64,000 bases of DNA from Octopus vulgaris (lineage: Eukaryota). How positions within the stretch are numbered: the first letter of the stretch is position 1; the number at the start of each line of letters is the position of its first letter. Location: the NCBI GenBank assembly GCA_951406725.2, contig OX597814.1, forward strand, positions 67,022,001 to 67,086,000, written 5' to 3'. The notes below the pieces were generated by a model. That model was not told where the DNA came from, did not search any database, and saw only the letters and a list, made by a program, of their open reading frames with translations. The position numbers were made by a program, and so were the translations under genes. Below, piece by piece: positions 11,738-25,404 of this stretch.

Positions 11738-12345
11738 GGCAGCGAGCTGGCTGAATCGTTAGCAGGTCAGACAAAATGCTTGGCAGCATCTCGTCCGTCT
11801 TTACGTTCTGTGTTCACATTCCACAGAGGTTGACTTTACCTTTCATGCTTATGGGATTGATAAAAAGTACCAGTTGAGCACTGAGGTTGATGTAATCAAT
11901 TTGACTCTCCCACCAAAACCTGCTGGCCTTGTGCCAAAATTTGAGACCAATATTTCTTCAAATTCTTTGTGTGCTGAGTGCGATTCCTGCTGAGGTCACC
12001 TTAGTTTTTCTTCCTTTCGGGATCAATAGAATAATGCACTGATCTAGTACTGAAGGGATTTATGGAAGGGATTCATATACTAATCCGTTCCCTAAATGTT
12101 TGGTCTTGTGCATCTGTTAGAAACAATTACTATTATTACGAGTTGGGTAAGGCGGCAGGCTGGCAGAATCGTTAGCACGCCGGGCAAAATACTTAACGGC
12201 ATTTCGTTTGAATTCCGCTGAAGTTGACTTTGCCTTTCATCCTTCAGGGTCGATAAAATAAGCACCAGTAGAGCAATGGGGTTGATGTTATCGAGTTACT
12301 CCTCCCCCGAAATTACAGTCCTTGTCTCATAACTTGAAACCATTA
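11738..12345 (+). mobile_element. Cluster of 2-3 SINE family B copies
   Basis: Variants of GGCGAGCTGGCAGAATCGTTAGCAC...GTTCAAATTCCGCCGAGGTTGACTTTGCCTTTCATCC...GGCCTTGTGCCAAAATTTGAAACC, shared with copies at 27860 and 39182. Confidence 0.85.
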
Positions 12346-12880
12346 TTACAAGTTGGCTTATTGCCATTAATTAGTAAAATAAATTCATTAGCAAGAAGTG
12401 CTTAACCAATTTCCCTATATTATATTCTCAACGTAAAATCTACTATGTAGGTCTTCTTACTATATAGCATTCTATATGCTTCATTTTTCCTTTTGTCACT
12501 ACATCATAAATATGGTTTCAAGCAGTGGATAGAAGGAAAAAACAGAGCCAAAGCAGCGTGAAAGCCAATATATGTTGGCAAGCTATCCACACATTAGTAA
12601 GGAATTTGGATATATATTTGTGCGATGATTGTATGCTTAAAAATATCCAGAGGGCTTACAGGTTTCCAAGATTTGGGTTATTTGAAAGGAATTTTTAAAA
12701 AATAAAGACAAAGTTACTAATTTAGCGACTCAGAAGTTTAGGACATCCCTTTCATTTTTGTCTTTCAGTTTAAAATCATTTTGTTTGCTAGCTGACTAAT
12801 TCTGAAATCATGACACAGCACAAAAACTTCCTTCTATAGGTTTCTGTCATTTTGTTTTCTTTTATAAAGATATTTGTATA

Positions 12881-13244
12881 TCTCGATATTATAAATCTGA
12901 AATGCTACAAAAGTTTGTTTGTTTGTCTGGTTTTGGCATTGGAACAGATTAAGTGGCAATAAATGCCGTCAGATTCGCTCCAAAATTCACAGGGACATGT
13001 AAAAGAGGATAGGGTGTGAGTGGGCTAGGTTAGAAATCCCTATCTAAAAAGCTGTGGTTACTAGGGCAAAAAAAACCCACACTTTGACAAGTGTATGTCG
13101 TTTCTCTCTTTCTCATATCTGCCTGTCTTCCTCCGTCTCTCTCTCTCTTTCCTCCCTTACCACCACTTTCTCTCTATAACGACGTTTGACAGCTTCCACT
13201 ATCTTTCCCCCGCTGCCTTCGTCAGCTCTGTCACTCTTTCTTCC

Positions 13245-13291
<47 letters not shown>

Positions 13292-13383
13292 TCCCTTACC
13301 ACCACTTTCTCTATATAACGACGTTTGACAGCTTCCACTATCTTTCCCCCGCTGCCTTCGTCAGCTCTGTCACTCTTCCTTCC

Positions 13384-13450
<67 letters not shown>

Positions 13451-13621
13451 GTCTGTCTTCACTTTCTCTCTTTAACTTTCTCTCTTCGCATATCTGCCTG
13501 TCTTCCCCCGTCTCTCTCTCTCTCTTTCCCCCCTTCCCTTCACTTTCTCTCTATAATGACGTTTGACAGCTTCCATTATCTTTCCCCCGCTACCTTCGCC
13601 AGCTCTGTCACTCTTTCTTCC

Positions 13622-13669
<48 letters not shown>

Positions 13670-13932
13670 CGTCTGTCTGCACTTTCTCTCTATAACTTTT
13701 TCTCCATAACGACGTTTGATACCTTCACCGTCTCTCGTCACTCTTTCTTCCACCACCTCTCTCACTCTACTTCTGTCTCTATCTATAGAGAGAAAGCGTG
13801 ACAGTACCAACAGTTTAAATATTCCCGTCCTTTAGAACGGTGAATTATTATCGCCCACCACCATCGCACAATCATAACAGATATTTTTAATCAGATATAT
13901 TGTGTTAATTTATATATATATGTGTGTGTGTG

Positions 13933-13970
<38 letters not shown>

Positions 13971-14010
13971 TATATAAATATATATATAATGTACATACAT
14001 ATATATATAC

Positions 14011-14051
<41 letters not shown>

Positions 14052-14136
14052 ACATATATTTGTATACATGTATGTAGATATATACATATGTGTAGACATG
14101 TATATATAATGCGTATATATGTACACATTTAATGCG

Positions 14137-14172
<36 letters not shown>

Positions 14173-14409
14173 GTGTGCATATGTGATCGGATTCAGCTGA
14201 AAATATGCACACCTATGTTAAAAGTGCTAGCGAGTTTGCATAGCAACTTTGAATTTGCTCAATTGAACGGCATCGCCTCTAGGGCAAAATTCCTCATCTT
14301 TTAAAATGTGGCCCGCGTAGACCCGAATGAAATCGGGTTATAATGCCGAAACAAGTAAAACAATAATAAACTATTTTAATCTCGAGCAAGGTCCGGTATA
14401 TCTGTCTAA
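12881..14409 (+). mobile_element. Non-autonomous Helitron-like element with internal minisatellite
   Basis: 5' A|TC...TATTATAAAT...GTTTGTTTGTCTG; degenerate 3' hairpin CTCGAGCAAGGTCCGG followed by CTAA (CTRR). Confidence 0.55.
13140..13720. repeat. Tandem minisatellite (~100-bp unit separated by (CT)n), about 3.3 copies
   Basis: CACTTTCTCTCTATAACGACGTTTGACAGCTTCCACTATCTTTCCCCCGCTGCCTTCGTCAGCTCTGTCACTC... starts near 13163, 13302 and 13541, with a partial copy near 13700. Confidence 0.9.
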
Positions 14410-14911
14410 TCTATAAAATGAAGAAGGCGAACGTTGATGCAAATTGGATTTTTATGTCAAAAGAGGTGTAAATGGGGCAGGAAGAGGATTCAAATTTACA
14501 GGAGGGGGATAACTTGAGGTGGGAAATTGATTGGGAGAGGTTTTGGTACGCTACAGTGGTGGCTTTGCTGTGAAAACTGGGATTTTATTGATTTTGGGGG
14601 ACACTTGGGGGTCTAGATCGGACACCTTTTGCCCGATTTCAATCAAATTTTCAACATGGTAAAGTGGAAGCGGATTTGTAAATTTAAGTGGAAATCTAAT
14701 TTTTTATAAATGGCAGAGAGATAGATAGAGAAAGATAAAGAGTAAGAGAAAGCGAGGGAGAGTCCGAGAGAAAGGAAGAGTAAGAGAGTGGGAAAGTGAG
14801 AAAGGAGAGAGAAACAAAGAGGGAGAATGTGGCGATAAGAATCAGAAAGGAAGCAACAGAAAGTAACAACCACAACCTCACTCGCGCGTAGAGCGGGTCC
14901 CCTTAAGCTAG
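14410..14911 (+). mobile_element. Non-autonomous Helitron
   Basis: 5' TC; 3' hairpin CTCGCGCGTAGAGCGGG, then CTAG|T at 14908-14912. Confidence 0.7.
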
Positions 14912-15028
14912 TATTTAATAATTTTGATAAATTTAGGCCGGTAACTGGTGGTTATTATAGTAGTTTTGACTTCAAGAGTCCCTCCTAGCGTGAGGCATTT
15001 ATGTATAGTAATGACCTTAATATAGATA

Positions 15029-15078
<50 letters not shown>

Positions 15079-15199
15079 GGAGAGACAGACAGACAGACAA
15101 ACAGACAGGCAGGCAGACAGGCAGGCAGACAGACAAACAAACAGAGACAGAGACAAAGAGTGAGATACGAGAGGGGAGGGAGAAAAAAGGGAGGGAGAG

Positions 15200-16441
15200 A
15201 GAGGCTACAATTTTCATGTGGTAAGGAAGACTTTACTTACATTGTCAGAGCTAGTAGGGCACGTACTCTAAAACAGGAAGGAACGAAAGCCATTCGATGG
15301 GCCCGGGTGGTAGAGGCGCACCGTAGTAATTCGGTCTTTGAGAGATCGGGACGAGCGCATGCTGCTCGAGTCGAAGCAGATTTGTGTGGAATTTCGGTGG
15401 CATTTTGCTGAACTGTACAGGGCGCACGCTGGCCCGGAGGTGGAGGTGAACTTCACTTCCTACCTCGATGGTATGTCACAGCTTTCGGCCAGGGACGTGG
15501 AGTTCTGCGAAATGCCGATAACAGCTGAAGATATACGTGACGTGTTGGCTAGTTGCACGAGGGTGAGGACTCCGAGATTGGATGTCTGCGCTTCGAGCTT
15601 TATATACATATGCCAGACTTGTTTGGTAAACTTTTGGGAAACGTCTACCGCAACTGTCAGCAGAATGGGAGAAAACCTGGATCTGTGAGCCGAGGAGCGG
15701 TGACATTACTGAGAAAGGATCCGAACAAGGGAGACACTGTTGGTAACTTTAGGCCGGTAACTCTGCTAAATACAGATTACAAAATTTTGGCCAAGGTGTT
15801 AGCAAAAAGGCCGGCGCTCGTCGTTGACAGACTAGTGGGTGATGCGAAACTATACACGTCAACCTCCACCTCATGCAAAACATCATAGAGAGAGTTGGTA
15901 AAGAAACTGGCATGGGTGGGGCCGTGATCCATTTGGATCAATCAAAAGCTTTTGATAGGATCGACCATTTGTACTTTGATACTATCTTCGAGGCGGTTGG
16001 TTTCGGTCCCGTTTTCAGAGGCGGGATCGCTGCAATGTACAGCGAAATCTGTCCGGTGGTCAAGGTAAATGGTCACCTCTCGGAATCGGTTAGTATAGCA
16101 CGTTAGGTCCGTCAAAGATGCCCGCTCTCACTCCTTCTCTACGAACTGGCTCTTGAGCCATTACTGCGGAAGCTGGAGGTTTCGAGGGACATCCCACGTG
16201 AATTGGGGTGCGAAAGGTTCGCGTCGGCGTATGCGGACGACGTCACCGTGATAGTGTCGGACATCCCGGAAATCGAGATGGTCGGAACTACTGTAAGGGA
16301 ATACGAAGCGGTGACAGGAGCAATAAACAACCAGGTGAAGGTCAGTGGGCCTGCAGCTCGGCACCTGGAGATGCAAGCACATGCCAACCGACAGCGTTGT
16401 AGGACGCTGGACTGAAGGACCTGTTAAGTTACGCGGGGTCT
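15200..16441 (+). mobile_element. Decayed Tx1/L1-clade LINE RT fragment
   Basis: NFRPVTLLNTDYKILAKVLA, LDQSKAFDRIDH, VRQRCPLS and SAYADDVTV, split across frameshifts. Confidence 0.88.
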
Positions 16442-16795
16442 GAGAAAATGTAAAAGAAATTGGTAAAAGCTCTACAGAATTAAGAAAAGGTCCAGAGAAA
16501 TTGGTAAAGTGTCAAAAAAAAGTTTAAAAGGTGTCCAGGAAGATGGCTACAAGGGAAAGTAAGTGGCAGCACAAGCGGTGTATGAGTGGATGAAGGTGAG
16601 AAAGTTAAACAGTAAGTAGACAGATGAAAGAGAAAGTGAAAGAGAGAGAGAGTGAGAGAGAGAGTGAGAGAGAGGGGAGAGAGGGAGATATGATTCAAAG
16701 AATGCATGTATGAGTATTTTCGTGTGTATGGGTGTATGTATGTATAAGTGAAGGGAATGAACGATCAAAGAGTAGAACATATGCATGAGAATGAC

Positions 16796-16836
<41 letters not shown>

Positions 16837-17599
16837 GTATGTGAGAGAGAGAGAGAGAAGACTAGGTGAATATAGGTACGTGTGTCCATGTGCCAGTGTG
16901 TATTAAAGAGACAAGATGGTAGATGAATAAAGGTGTATGTGTGAAAGAAACAAAATGGTAGGTAGACAGAAAGATGCATGTGAGTATAAATATTTGTGTA
17001 TAGGTGAAAATGTGTGGAGAGGAGTGGCTGCAAGAAAGTATGTGTGTGTTCGTGCGCGTGCGTAAGGAAGCTGTGTCAGCGTGATTGGATGGTGTGTGTA
17101 AGTGAAATGTTACAGATGAGTGTTTTCTGTTTTCAAATATATCATTTTCTTTATTTTTTATCTTTTTCTTTTTTAACCTATCGAATTTGTTGGGCGGGGG
17201 CGTAAATGTTGCTACAGCCTTTGTGAGAATCCTCTCTTAATGTCATCCGGGAGGATTCCATGCTTACAAATATTTTATAAATTGCACAAATCTGCATTTT
17301 TAAATGAAGTAAATGATTGTTTACTTATAGGTGATTCTAAACCATTTATGTTGATTTCAAATATATTCTTAATTTTTGCTTACCACGTACAGATTTTGCA
17401 CAAATGGCTGTCAAAGATATGACAATTTTTCTAGTCGTTCATTCTCTTTTGTGGCAGACTTTTAAATAAAAGTATAGTGAAATTAAGAACAAATGACTAG
17501 AACAATAATAAAAAGAATATAACTAATATATGTAGGCCTACATATTGACTAAATATATTTTTTAATGCACTTATCATGACTTTAAAATTATTTTAGTCC

Positions 17600-19235
17600 G
17601 TTTCAAATTTCCTTTTCTTTGATTTCCTTCCAGCTTTTGGTAGTTGCTTGCAGTCTCTCTTTAGTATCCAACAGTAATTCCACCTCATCAGGTACATTCC
17701 ACCTCCCATGTTACCTCCGCTCTATTTCTTTAATGTCCTGGTGAAATCTCTCACCATGCTCTTCTCTTAGATTGCCAAGATTCTCCGGGAAATAATCGAG
17801 GTGTGAATGAAGAAGTGCGTTTTAACATTCATCCCATTTGCAATATGGTATCAGCTATGATTTTGTAATTTGAGCACTTATTCTTTCACAAAATGTTCTA
17901 GACAACACATTAGCAGCTTACCCATGCCTGTTTTTGAGATTCATTCAAGGATTTCTGGGTCTTTCATTAGTTTACGAATGCCAGGACTAACAAATATTCC
18001 TGCTTTAATTTTCTCACTGGTTATATTTTGGAATTTTTCTTTTTTTAGATACTGCAAACATGGTCCATCTGCAGGCAAAGATTTTCCGAATAGTTTCATC
18101 AGACCTAGTTTGATGTACAAAGGCGGTAGCATTACTTTTGTAGGTTCAATCAAAGGCTCGTGCTGAATGTTTTGGATCTAAGTAACAAACTTCTTCTTTG
18201 TGGCCAGTTTTTAACCATCCAGTGCTTTTCTTTAGCTCTGCTGTCCCATTCACATAAGAGACATGGTATTTTTGTGTAGCCTGCCTGCTGACCTAAAAGC
18301 ATGGCTATTTTTCAATCTCTACACGCTTGCCAGTGGTATTCTGCATACTTTATATTTAACCAAATTTTTTAATATTTTTATACTCTCCTTTAGTTGTACA
18401 GAATGTGCCACTGAAATGGATGAATACTTATTTCCATTATGTAGCAAGACAGCCTTCAAACTCCTTTTGGAGGAATCAATGAATAGCCTCCCTTCTGAGC
18501 GATTGCTCGTGATCTCAAAATAGTTTAGCAAAATACTTTGGAATATTACAGCAAAACACCATTGATTCATCCTCAGCAAAGAATGATAACAATTTGTATT
18601 CTGTGTGACGACACGAAGAGAAGAATGTTCCCGGTAACAAAAGCTTTTTCATTTTTAGCTTAGAACCAAGAGGTTCCGCTGCATCCTTTGGTAGGCTCAA
18701 ATCTCTCACCAAATCATTGAACTCTTTCTGTGTAAATAACTGCAAACTTTCCATTTAGACAGGAGGGTAGTCATCATCCTCTTCTTCACATTTGTCTTCT
18801 TCATCATTATCTGACGTAACAAAACAAGTGGGGGGAGAACTGGAATGTCAACCCAATGTGCGGTAGGCCGTATAGCCGAGAGAATACTATGATATACTAT
18901 CTTATGTTTATTTTTTGCACTGTACCCATCAGTTTTAGTAATGCAGAAATAACAATCGTCAACATGGTTACTCGGCCCTCGCCACACCATTAGTATTCCA
19001 AAGGGTATTTCTTTTCCCTTCCCGGCTTTCCAGAGTCTCAGCCCTTCCACACAAGCGCGTCATACTTTGTGTGGAGCCCAAGGTTTGTCTTCATCACTGA
19101 GTTTAACACCAAAATAAGCGAAGCATAGCTTTTTTACAAGATCAGTTATATTTTGTCTCTACTTAATGACAACATACCTACCACAAATGTAGCAGAATAT
19201 ATCTGGATTGTTCACGCATTTCCGTCTATATGCAT
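17600..19235 (-). mobile_element. Decayed Chapaev3-like (CMC) DNA transposase
   Basis: CVNNPDIFCYICG, VWRGPSNHVDDCYFC, FNDLVRDLSLPKD, LFIDSSKRSLKAVLLHNGN, PPLYIKLGLMK, GERFHQDI. Confidence 0.8.
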
Positions 19236-20015
19236 TCGTTTTAAATGGAGTTTATATGCAAATATCACCAACGACTAACCTCTGGAACTACTAAAACAAC
19301 ACTAAAGCATCAGCTGGTAATCGTGTACACAGATATTCCAGGTCACGCCGTCTGTCAGAGTTGCCAACGACTGTTAAATAAACTTCATATTGGCCGCTAT
19401 TTTACCTTTACTAATATTAGGTCAGCATTGATTTATAGCAATCTATTTTGTTGAGCAAAATAAATCAGATAATCACTACAATCTGATTAGCTGATACCAT
19501 AATGCGGAAAAAAAAAACAAAGCTTTATTTTTAAAAAACTAATAACAGATCTGAAATTACTTTAAAAATCTGCGTAGACATTTAAACAGAAAATCACGAA
19601 AAATGGATGTCATGATACAGTCCCCCTAACAAAGGAAGACTCCCAGTAAGAGTTTATCAAGAAATCCTAGATCTAAAAATCACCCTGACATGTTGATATA
19701 ACAACTGTTTCTAGTATAGGCACAAGGCCAGAAATTTGAGGCAGCAACAGTCGCTTATTTTGATTTCAGCATTTCACTGTTACTTTATTTCATCGACCCC
19801 AGAAGATTGAAAGTAAAGTTGACTCTAAAGAACCCGCAGAAATACTGCAAACGTTTTCATCGACGCGTGAACAATCCGGCCAGTCCAACATCCTGCAATA
19901 TGTCATAAAAATATAACCCACTTCTTCACTAGCACTGGCACACCTTTCTATGGTCGACCAACTTGCTCGAGATAGTAACGAAATCTTCTTTAAATCACAT
20001 CCGGTTGTCTTTAAT

Positions 20016-20250
20016 CAGTGGTCCTCAACCATTTTTTGCCTATGGATCCTTTTGATTCCTGTTTTGTTCTACTGGACCTCCACAGCCATCCGATGTATAT
20101 AAAAAGCATCCTATTGTTTTTTTATAATTAAATATAATTTAGAATTGTGTCAAAAAATTAAAGTATTTTGTGTATTGTAGAAATATATGTAATTTATTGC
20201 ACATAAATTTTAACAAGAAAATCTTATATGGACCCCGTTGGGAACCACTG
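20016..20250. mobile_element. hAT (Charlie-like) MITE
   Basis: TIRs CAGTGGTCCTCAAC / GTTGGGAACCACTG; 8-bp TSD TCTTTAAT / TCTTGAAT. Confidence 0.85.
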
Positions 20251-20395
20251 TCTTGAATTATAGAAAAAATAGGAATATGTTTTAAACAAAATCATGGTAT
20301 TGAAAAAACACAAAATACTGGATGGTCACTGTTTAAACACCTTTGATCAAATTTCTGCTCGATCTGTGTGGACTCCGGTTAAGTAGCATAAATAC

Positions 20396-20402
20396 CATCA
20401 TC

Positions 20403-20491
<89 letters not shown>

Positions 20492-20527
20492 TCTCCTCCT
20501 CCTCCTCATCATCATCATCATCATCAT
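20396..20527. repeat. (ATC)n microsatellite
   Basis: Visible directly. Confidence 0.95.
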
Positions 20528-21730
20528 TGCATTCCTTGGCCAGATTGTCAGTTACTGTGAACTGTTTCTAAATTTGGCATGAGACCAGTAATTTGAGGGG
20601 AAGGTGTTTGTTGATAGCAATGACTTCATTACTTGATTGGCTTTTTTTATTTCATCAACCCCGGAGGTATAAAAGGCAAAACCAAAAAAAAAAAAATTCA
20701 GATGAGAACATTTTAAAAGGGTAAAATTAGACGTATAAAATATACGCTCTCCGTATCTTGATGACTTGAAAATCACGACACTGTAAGAAATATTAAATTG
20801 ACAATATGTCATCACTTAACAGAAGGATGGTTTGAGGGGAAGAGTGGAGAGATGTTTCAACTTCTTTTTATTTGTTTCAGCGTCGATAGTTTTTGCTTTG
20901 TTGTTGTCGTTGTTGTTAATATAATATTTTGAAGGAAATTACCATCCAAATGAAAGCAGACATTTAAGAAGTAAGCTGAAGAGATGCGACGACATGTTTA
21001 GTAGTAACAAATTCACTATATAAATAGCACTTATTTATTATTTTTGTTTAATTTGGTATTTGAGTTTGTGTATGTGTTAAAAGAGAGAGGAGGGGACAGA
21101 CATTTAGGAAGCAGGACGTTGAAAGGATATTAAAGGTATTTTATTTCATTTGTTTTTGTTATTTTGCAAGATTGTGTGTGTGCGCGTGCGTGCACTAGCA
21201 TGGCCTGTATAATCACCACCAACATCACTACCCCCATCTCGCAATATATTCACTAAGTGCAGAAAGTTGTTTTCATTGATATGAGTATGACAACTCATTG
21301 TTGCACAAACACACACACAACTTACATACACACGCACACACACAACTATAGTTTTCAATTAAAGAAATGCCTTCTGTAATTCAATATTTTTGTTAATAGT
21401 AATTCACCTCCCGGTGAATACCTTGGCAGTCAACCTCTCAAATCGGCTCTGTGTGGGGGCATTTGCGTTTATATGCATGTGTGTGTGTGCATGTGTCTGT
21501 GTGTGTATGTGTGTGCGTACGTGTCTCGCGCATGGTATTTCTTCTTCTACTCCTCTCTCTTTCTCTCTCTCTCTCTCTTTGTTTCCACCGCCATAAACTG
21601 ACCACTAACTGTAACCACATGACTCCGGATTCAGTCCCAATGCACGTCACCTCGGCCAGGTGACTTATACACTGGACGGCCCAATGCCTTGCTAGTGAAT
21701 TGATAGACAGAATCTGTGTGGAAACCCGTC

Positions 21731-21770
<40 letters not shown>

Positions 21771-23789
21771 CTCCTAAACGAAACTCCCCTGATCCGCGGA
21801 CCTTTTTAAACTCCAGGAAATAGGTATTTAGTCAATGCCCCCATCTCATAACGTTTCCTACTACAAGGTTTCCATTTGTTGAATAGACCCGCTGCAGCAC
21901 TTTTGAGCATCACCACAGCCAGAACTGATGTAAGGGGGATAACTCTGTCCTCCGTGTAATACTTGCTTGGGCAAATATTTTTTGTTTACAAAACTAACTT
22001 TAGTTATTGTAATGTTATGCGCCTTTCGACCGTTTGAATTTGACGAGTCGTCAATACAGCTAAGCGTTTTATAGGTGCGAAACCAATGGTCACACTCTGA
22101 CCGGCGATAACAATTAACTTCCTAAAAGTTATATTACTGCTCTAGTGGTTTAGAGTATGCTTCTTTTTCGGATATATGAACTACTGGCGATTTATATGTG
22201 TTTGTGTGTATGTATATGTATATATATATTCTTTTACGCGTTTTAGCCCAAAGGCTGTGGCCATGCTGGGGCACCATTAGTATCATCAGCTTTTCAATGG
22301 CTATTCTCTGGTGGTTGACTTTTGTTGAAAGAATGAGTTTGATATAGCTGCCCTCTTTTGAGCTTCTTGCCGTGATGTAGGTCCATCTTGGATCTTGGAC
22401 TGTAGAATATTAAAATGCTTATTGAAAAAAAATATTGTAATAAATATATGTTACTTGTTTCAGTCACTGCACTGCGGCCATGCCGAGGCACCACTTTGAA
22501 AGGTTTTAGTCGAACGAATCGACCTCGGTACTTTTTTCTTTTCTTTTAAAGCCTGGCATTTATTCCCACATTCAAACCTGAGATCCTTAAAGAAGTGACT
22601 GTTTTTCAAAGCGACCCAATGCCATGCGCATTTTCGTAATTAACTCTCCGCACCAACATGTTGGAGAGAGAAAGTGGAATAGGTCACCTATCTACATCCG
22701 AATTATCCTACCTTTTTAGTGGCTCCACTGTGGTCCCTAGTACATTGCAGAAGCAACCTTAATTTTGAAACAATTTGCGTCATGTAAGAATCTTCTGGTA
22801 AAGTCATCGGAAATTTATCGTTAGAAACGAATTATTTAATGATTTCGTCCTTTCTTTATCTTTGAGAACTAAAATATGAATAAAAAATACTGTATATGAG
22901 TTAACTCATGCGCCTTGGTGCAAATAACTGTCGTCACTACTACTAGCATTCTCATTGACTACCAGCACAAAATATTTGCCGTCACAAGCAACAAATAAAT
23001 ATCATCACCACAACCACCACCATTTACCAAAGACATCTCTTATTTTGCCTTGTTTTTCTCTGGCTTTCTCTTCTTGTCTCCTTTGAGTTATTTCATTTAG
23101 CGTAATGCAAAAGGCGGGTAGAAAAGAACGTATTATATTAATACATTGATAATGGTTTCTGATTTAGACAAACTTCATACTCTCTTGGGATTGTATGAGA
23201 GTATGAGGTTCATCTATTATATTGAACTCAGTTCTTGAATGGTACTTTATTTTATTGACCTCAGAATGATCAAATGCACAGTTGACCTCGGAACGTAAGG
23301 GGCAGAATAAACTACAAGACATTTTCCCGATGCTCTAAAGATTCTATCAACAACAACAACAACAACAACAACAATAACAATAATAATACTAATATATTAA
23401 AATTGTTGTTGTTGTTTTTATTATTAGTAGTATTGTTTTTACTACCAGTAATTACAAATAGAACAGGTTGAATTGCTTCTTATCAAGGCAGCGCTCTCAG
23501 TGGCCACTAATAGTAGTAAACACATTTGACCTCTGCTGACCCAAAGGGAGCGGAGATTCTTTTGTCTCTATGGCTGGCCTTCCCACCATCTGCCGAATCT
23601 AGAACTTGTAGAATATGGTCAATTCACCAACCTGCTACCCAACTATTTCTTCTAACAATCACATATTTATGATCTCAAGTACAAAACATAAGTTGAAAGT
23701 AAAGAACATTTAGTAAAATCTTTTAATAATAAATGGAAATAGTAATAATAATAACAATGGTAGTGGTGATGATGGTGATAATGACAAAA

Positions 23790-23822
23790 AATAATAACAA
23801 CAACAACAACAACAACAACAAC

Positions 23823-23905
<83 letters not shown>
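23790..23905. repeat. Compound (AAC)n(AAT)n microsatellite
   Basis: Visible directly. Confidence 0.95.
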
Positions 23906-23907
<2 letters not shown>

Positions 23908-24122
23908 GACTAGTTCTTTTTTTTTCATAGAGGGCTATCTGGACCACATCAAGCCCAAAATAGAAAACTTTAGTGAACGAAGGTGTGTAGTGTGTTTTAT
24001 AGTCATGTATGTGTATATTTATGGCAGTGTTTGTCTTGGTGATTGCGCGTGCGTGTGTGAGTTACCATGAGACAAGTCGTTAATAACAGTTCTTGACGAG
24101 CAAAATCCAATAGAAGAAATTG

Positions 24123-24510
24123 TTCCCTAGAGGCTATAAGTATTGCAAGCTCTTTAATACCCACAATGTTGTCTATGCTATGTTGTCTATGCAGGTGAGC
24201 TACTCCTGCTTAGACAACATCGCATACAATATCACACTCATCAACAGACGCAAAAATGCACTTGCACAACTCCCAAACCCAACCCGCAACTTCTGAAACT
24301 CCACCACCTGCCCTGAAGGAGGATTCTGTCTCTCAAGGGCCGTAGTCTATAGAGCCGTTCTCACACCATCTAATGGCATCACAAGGCACTATACGGGTAT
24401 GACAGCCAACGATTTCAAGGGAAGATACTCACAGCATATGCACTCGGTCAGATGCATGGACAGAGAGAACGCCACTTCCCCGTCTCGCTTCCTCTGCGAT
24501 CTCCACAGGA
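24123..24510 (+). pseudogene. Penelope-like element GIY-YIG endonuclease fragment
   Basis: Manual translation: FPRGYKYCKLFNTHNV..VSYSCLDNI...TCPEGGFCLSRAVVYRAVL...HYTGMTANDFKGRYSQHMHS. It is absent from the ORF track because of a stop and a small duplication. Confidence 0.8.
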
Positions 24511-25219
24511 CCCGTGGAGATTCCATAGAACAAAATAATTAAGAGGATCTATTAAAGAAAGAAGGATGATTTGCATATTTATTGTTTATAAGACTTATTG
24601 TTGCCTGTGCAATAAATGATAGAAAAATAAACAATAACAATTTATACAATATTTCATACACATATTATTCGTAAGTATTTAATTCTATCGAAAAAATAAG
24701 ATCAATATATAATTGCATATTCCTTATTACGCTATATTTTATCATAATTATTTTATATTATATACAATTAATGTGCACAAAACAATATAGAGAATATTCA
24801 CAACCTTTCTATATACGTGATTAATTTTAATTCCACTGCAAATAAAAAAAATAACATTCACTTTTATTTCACTTCCAGTCACAATATATATTATATGATT
24901 ATAAAATTTTCCTCTGCTAAACACTTTCTCTTTCTCTCTCTCTTTCTCTCTCTTTCTCTCTTTCTCTTTCTCTCTCTCTCTCATTCACTCCCTCTCACAC
25001 TCTCCCTCTCTCTCTCTCTCTCTCTTCCTCTTTCTCTCACTTCCAGAATAAGTTCTAGGCTTAAAAGAAATAAGTTCAAGTATCGATTCATAACCGCAGT
25101 CTAATGACTGAAACAAGTAAAAGATAAATCATGTGTATGTGGTGGTGGGGGTTAAATAAAGTGAGACAACAAAGCCAAAGCAGTGTGAAAATTCTAGGAC
25201 ATTTATAAAGAGAAAGGTA

Positions 25220-25267
25220 GTTTTGGAGCTGTTTCAGGGATATAAAAGACATCCCATCATCAGAAAC
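25220..25267 (-). ncRNA. Degenerate hammerhead ribozyme motif
   Basis: GUUU-CUGAUGA-UGGGAUGU-CUUUU-AUAUCCCU-GAAA-CAGCUCCA-AAAC; cleavage-site region mutated relative to CAGCUGUA. Confidence 0.55.
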
Positions 25268-25404
25268 GATATGTGAAAGTTAAATAGAAGGAAATAGTAG
25301 AGTTCAATATAAGAAGTTATTATGGAAAGGTAGAGATACTACATTTTATTTTACATATACACGCTCATACACAACCCGCATTAGATTCCTCTCTCATACT
25401 ATTA

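Noticed and set aside
13140-13720. Repeat-spacer-like array suggestive of CRISPR
   Set aside because: Units are ~100 bp separated by (CT)n rather than unique spacers; eukaryotic context and no cas genes
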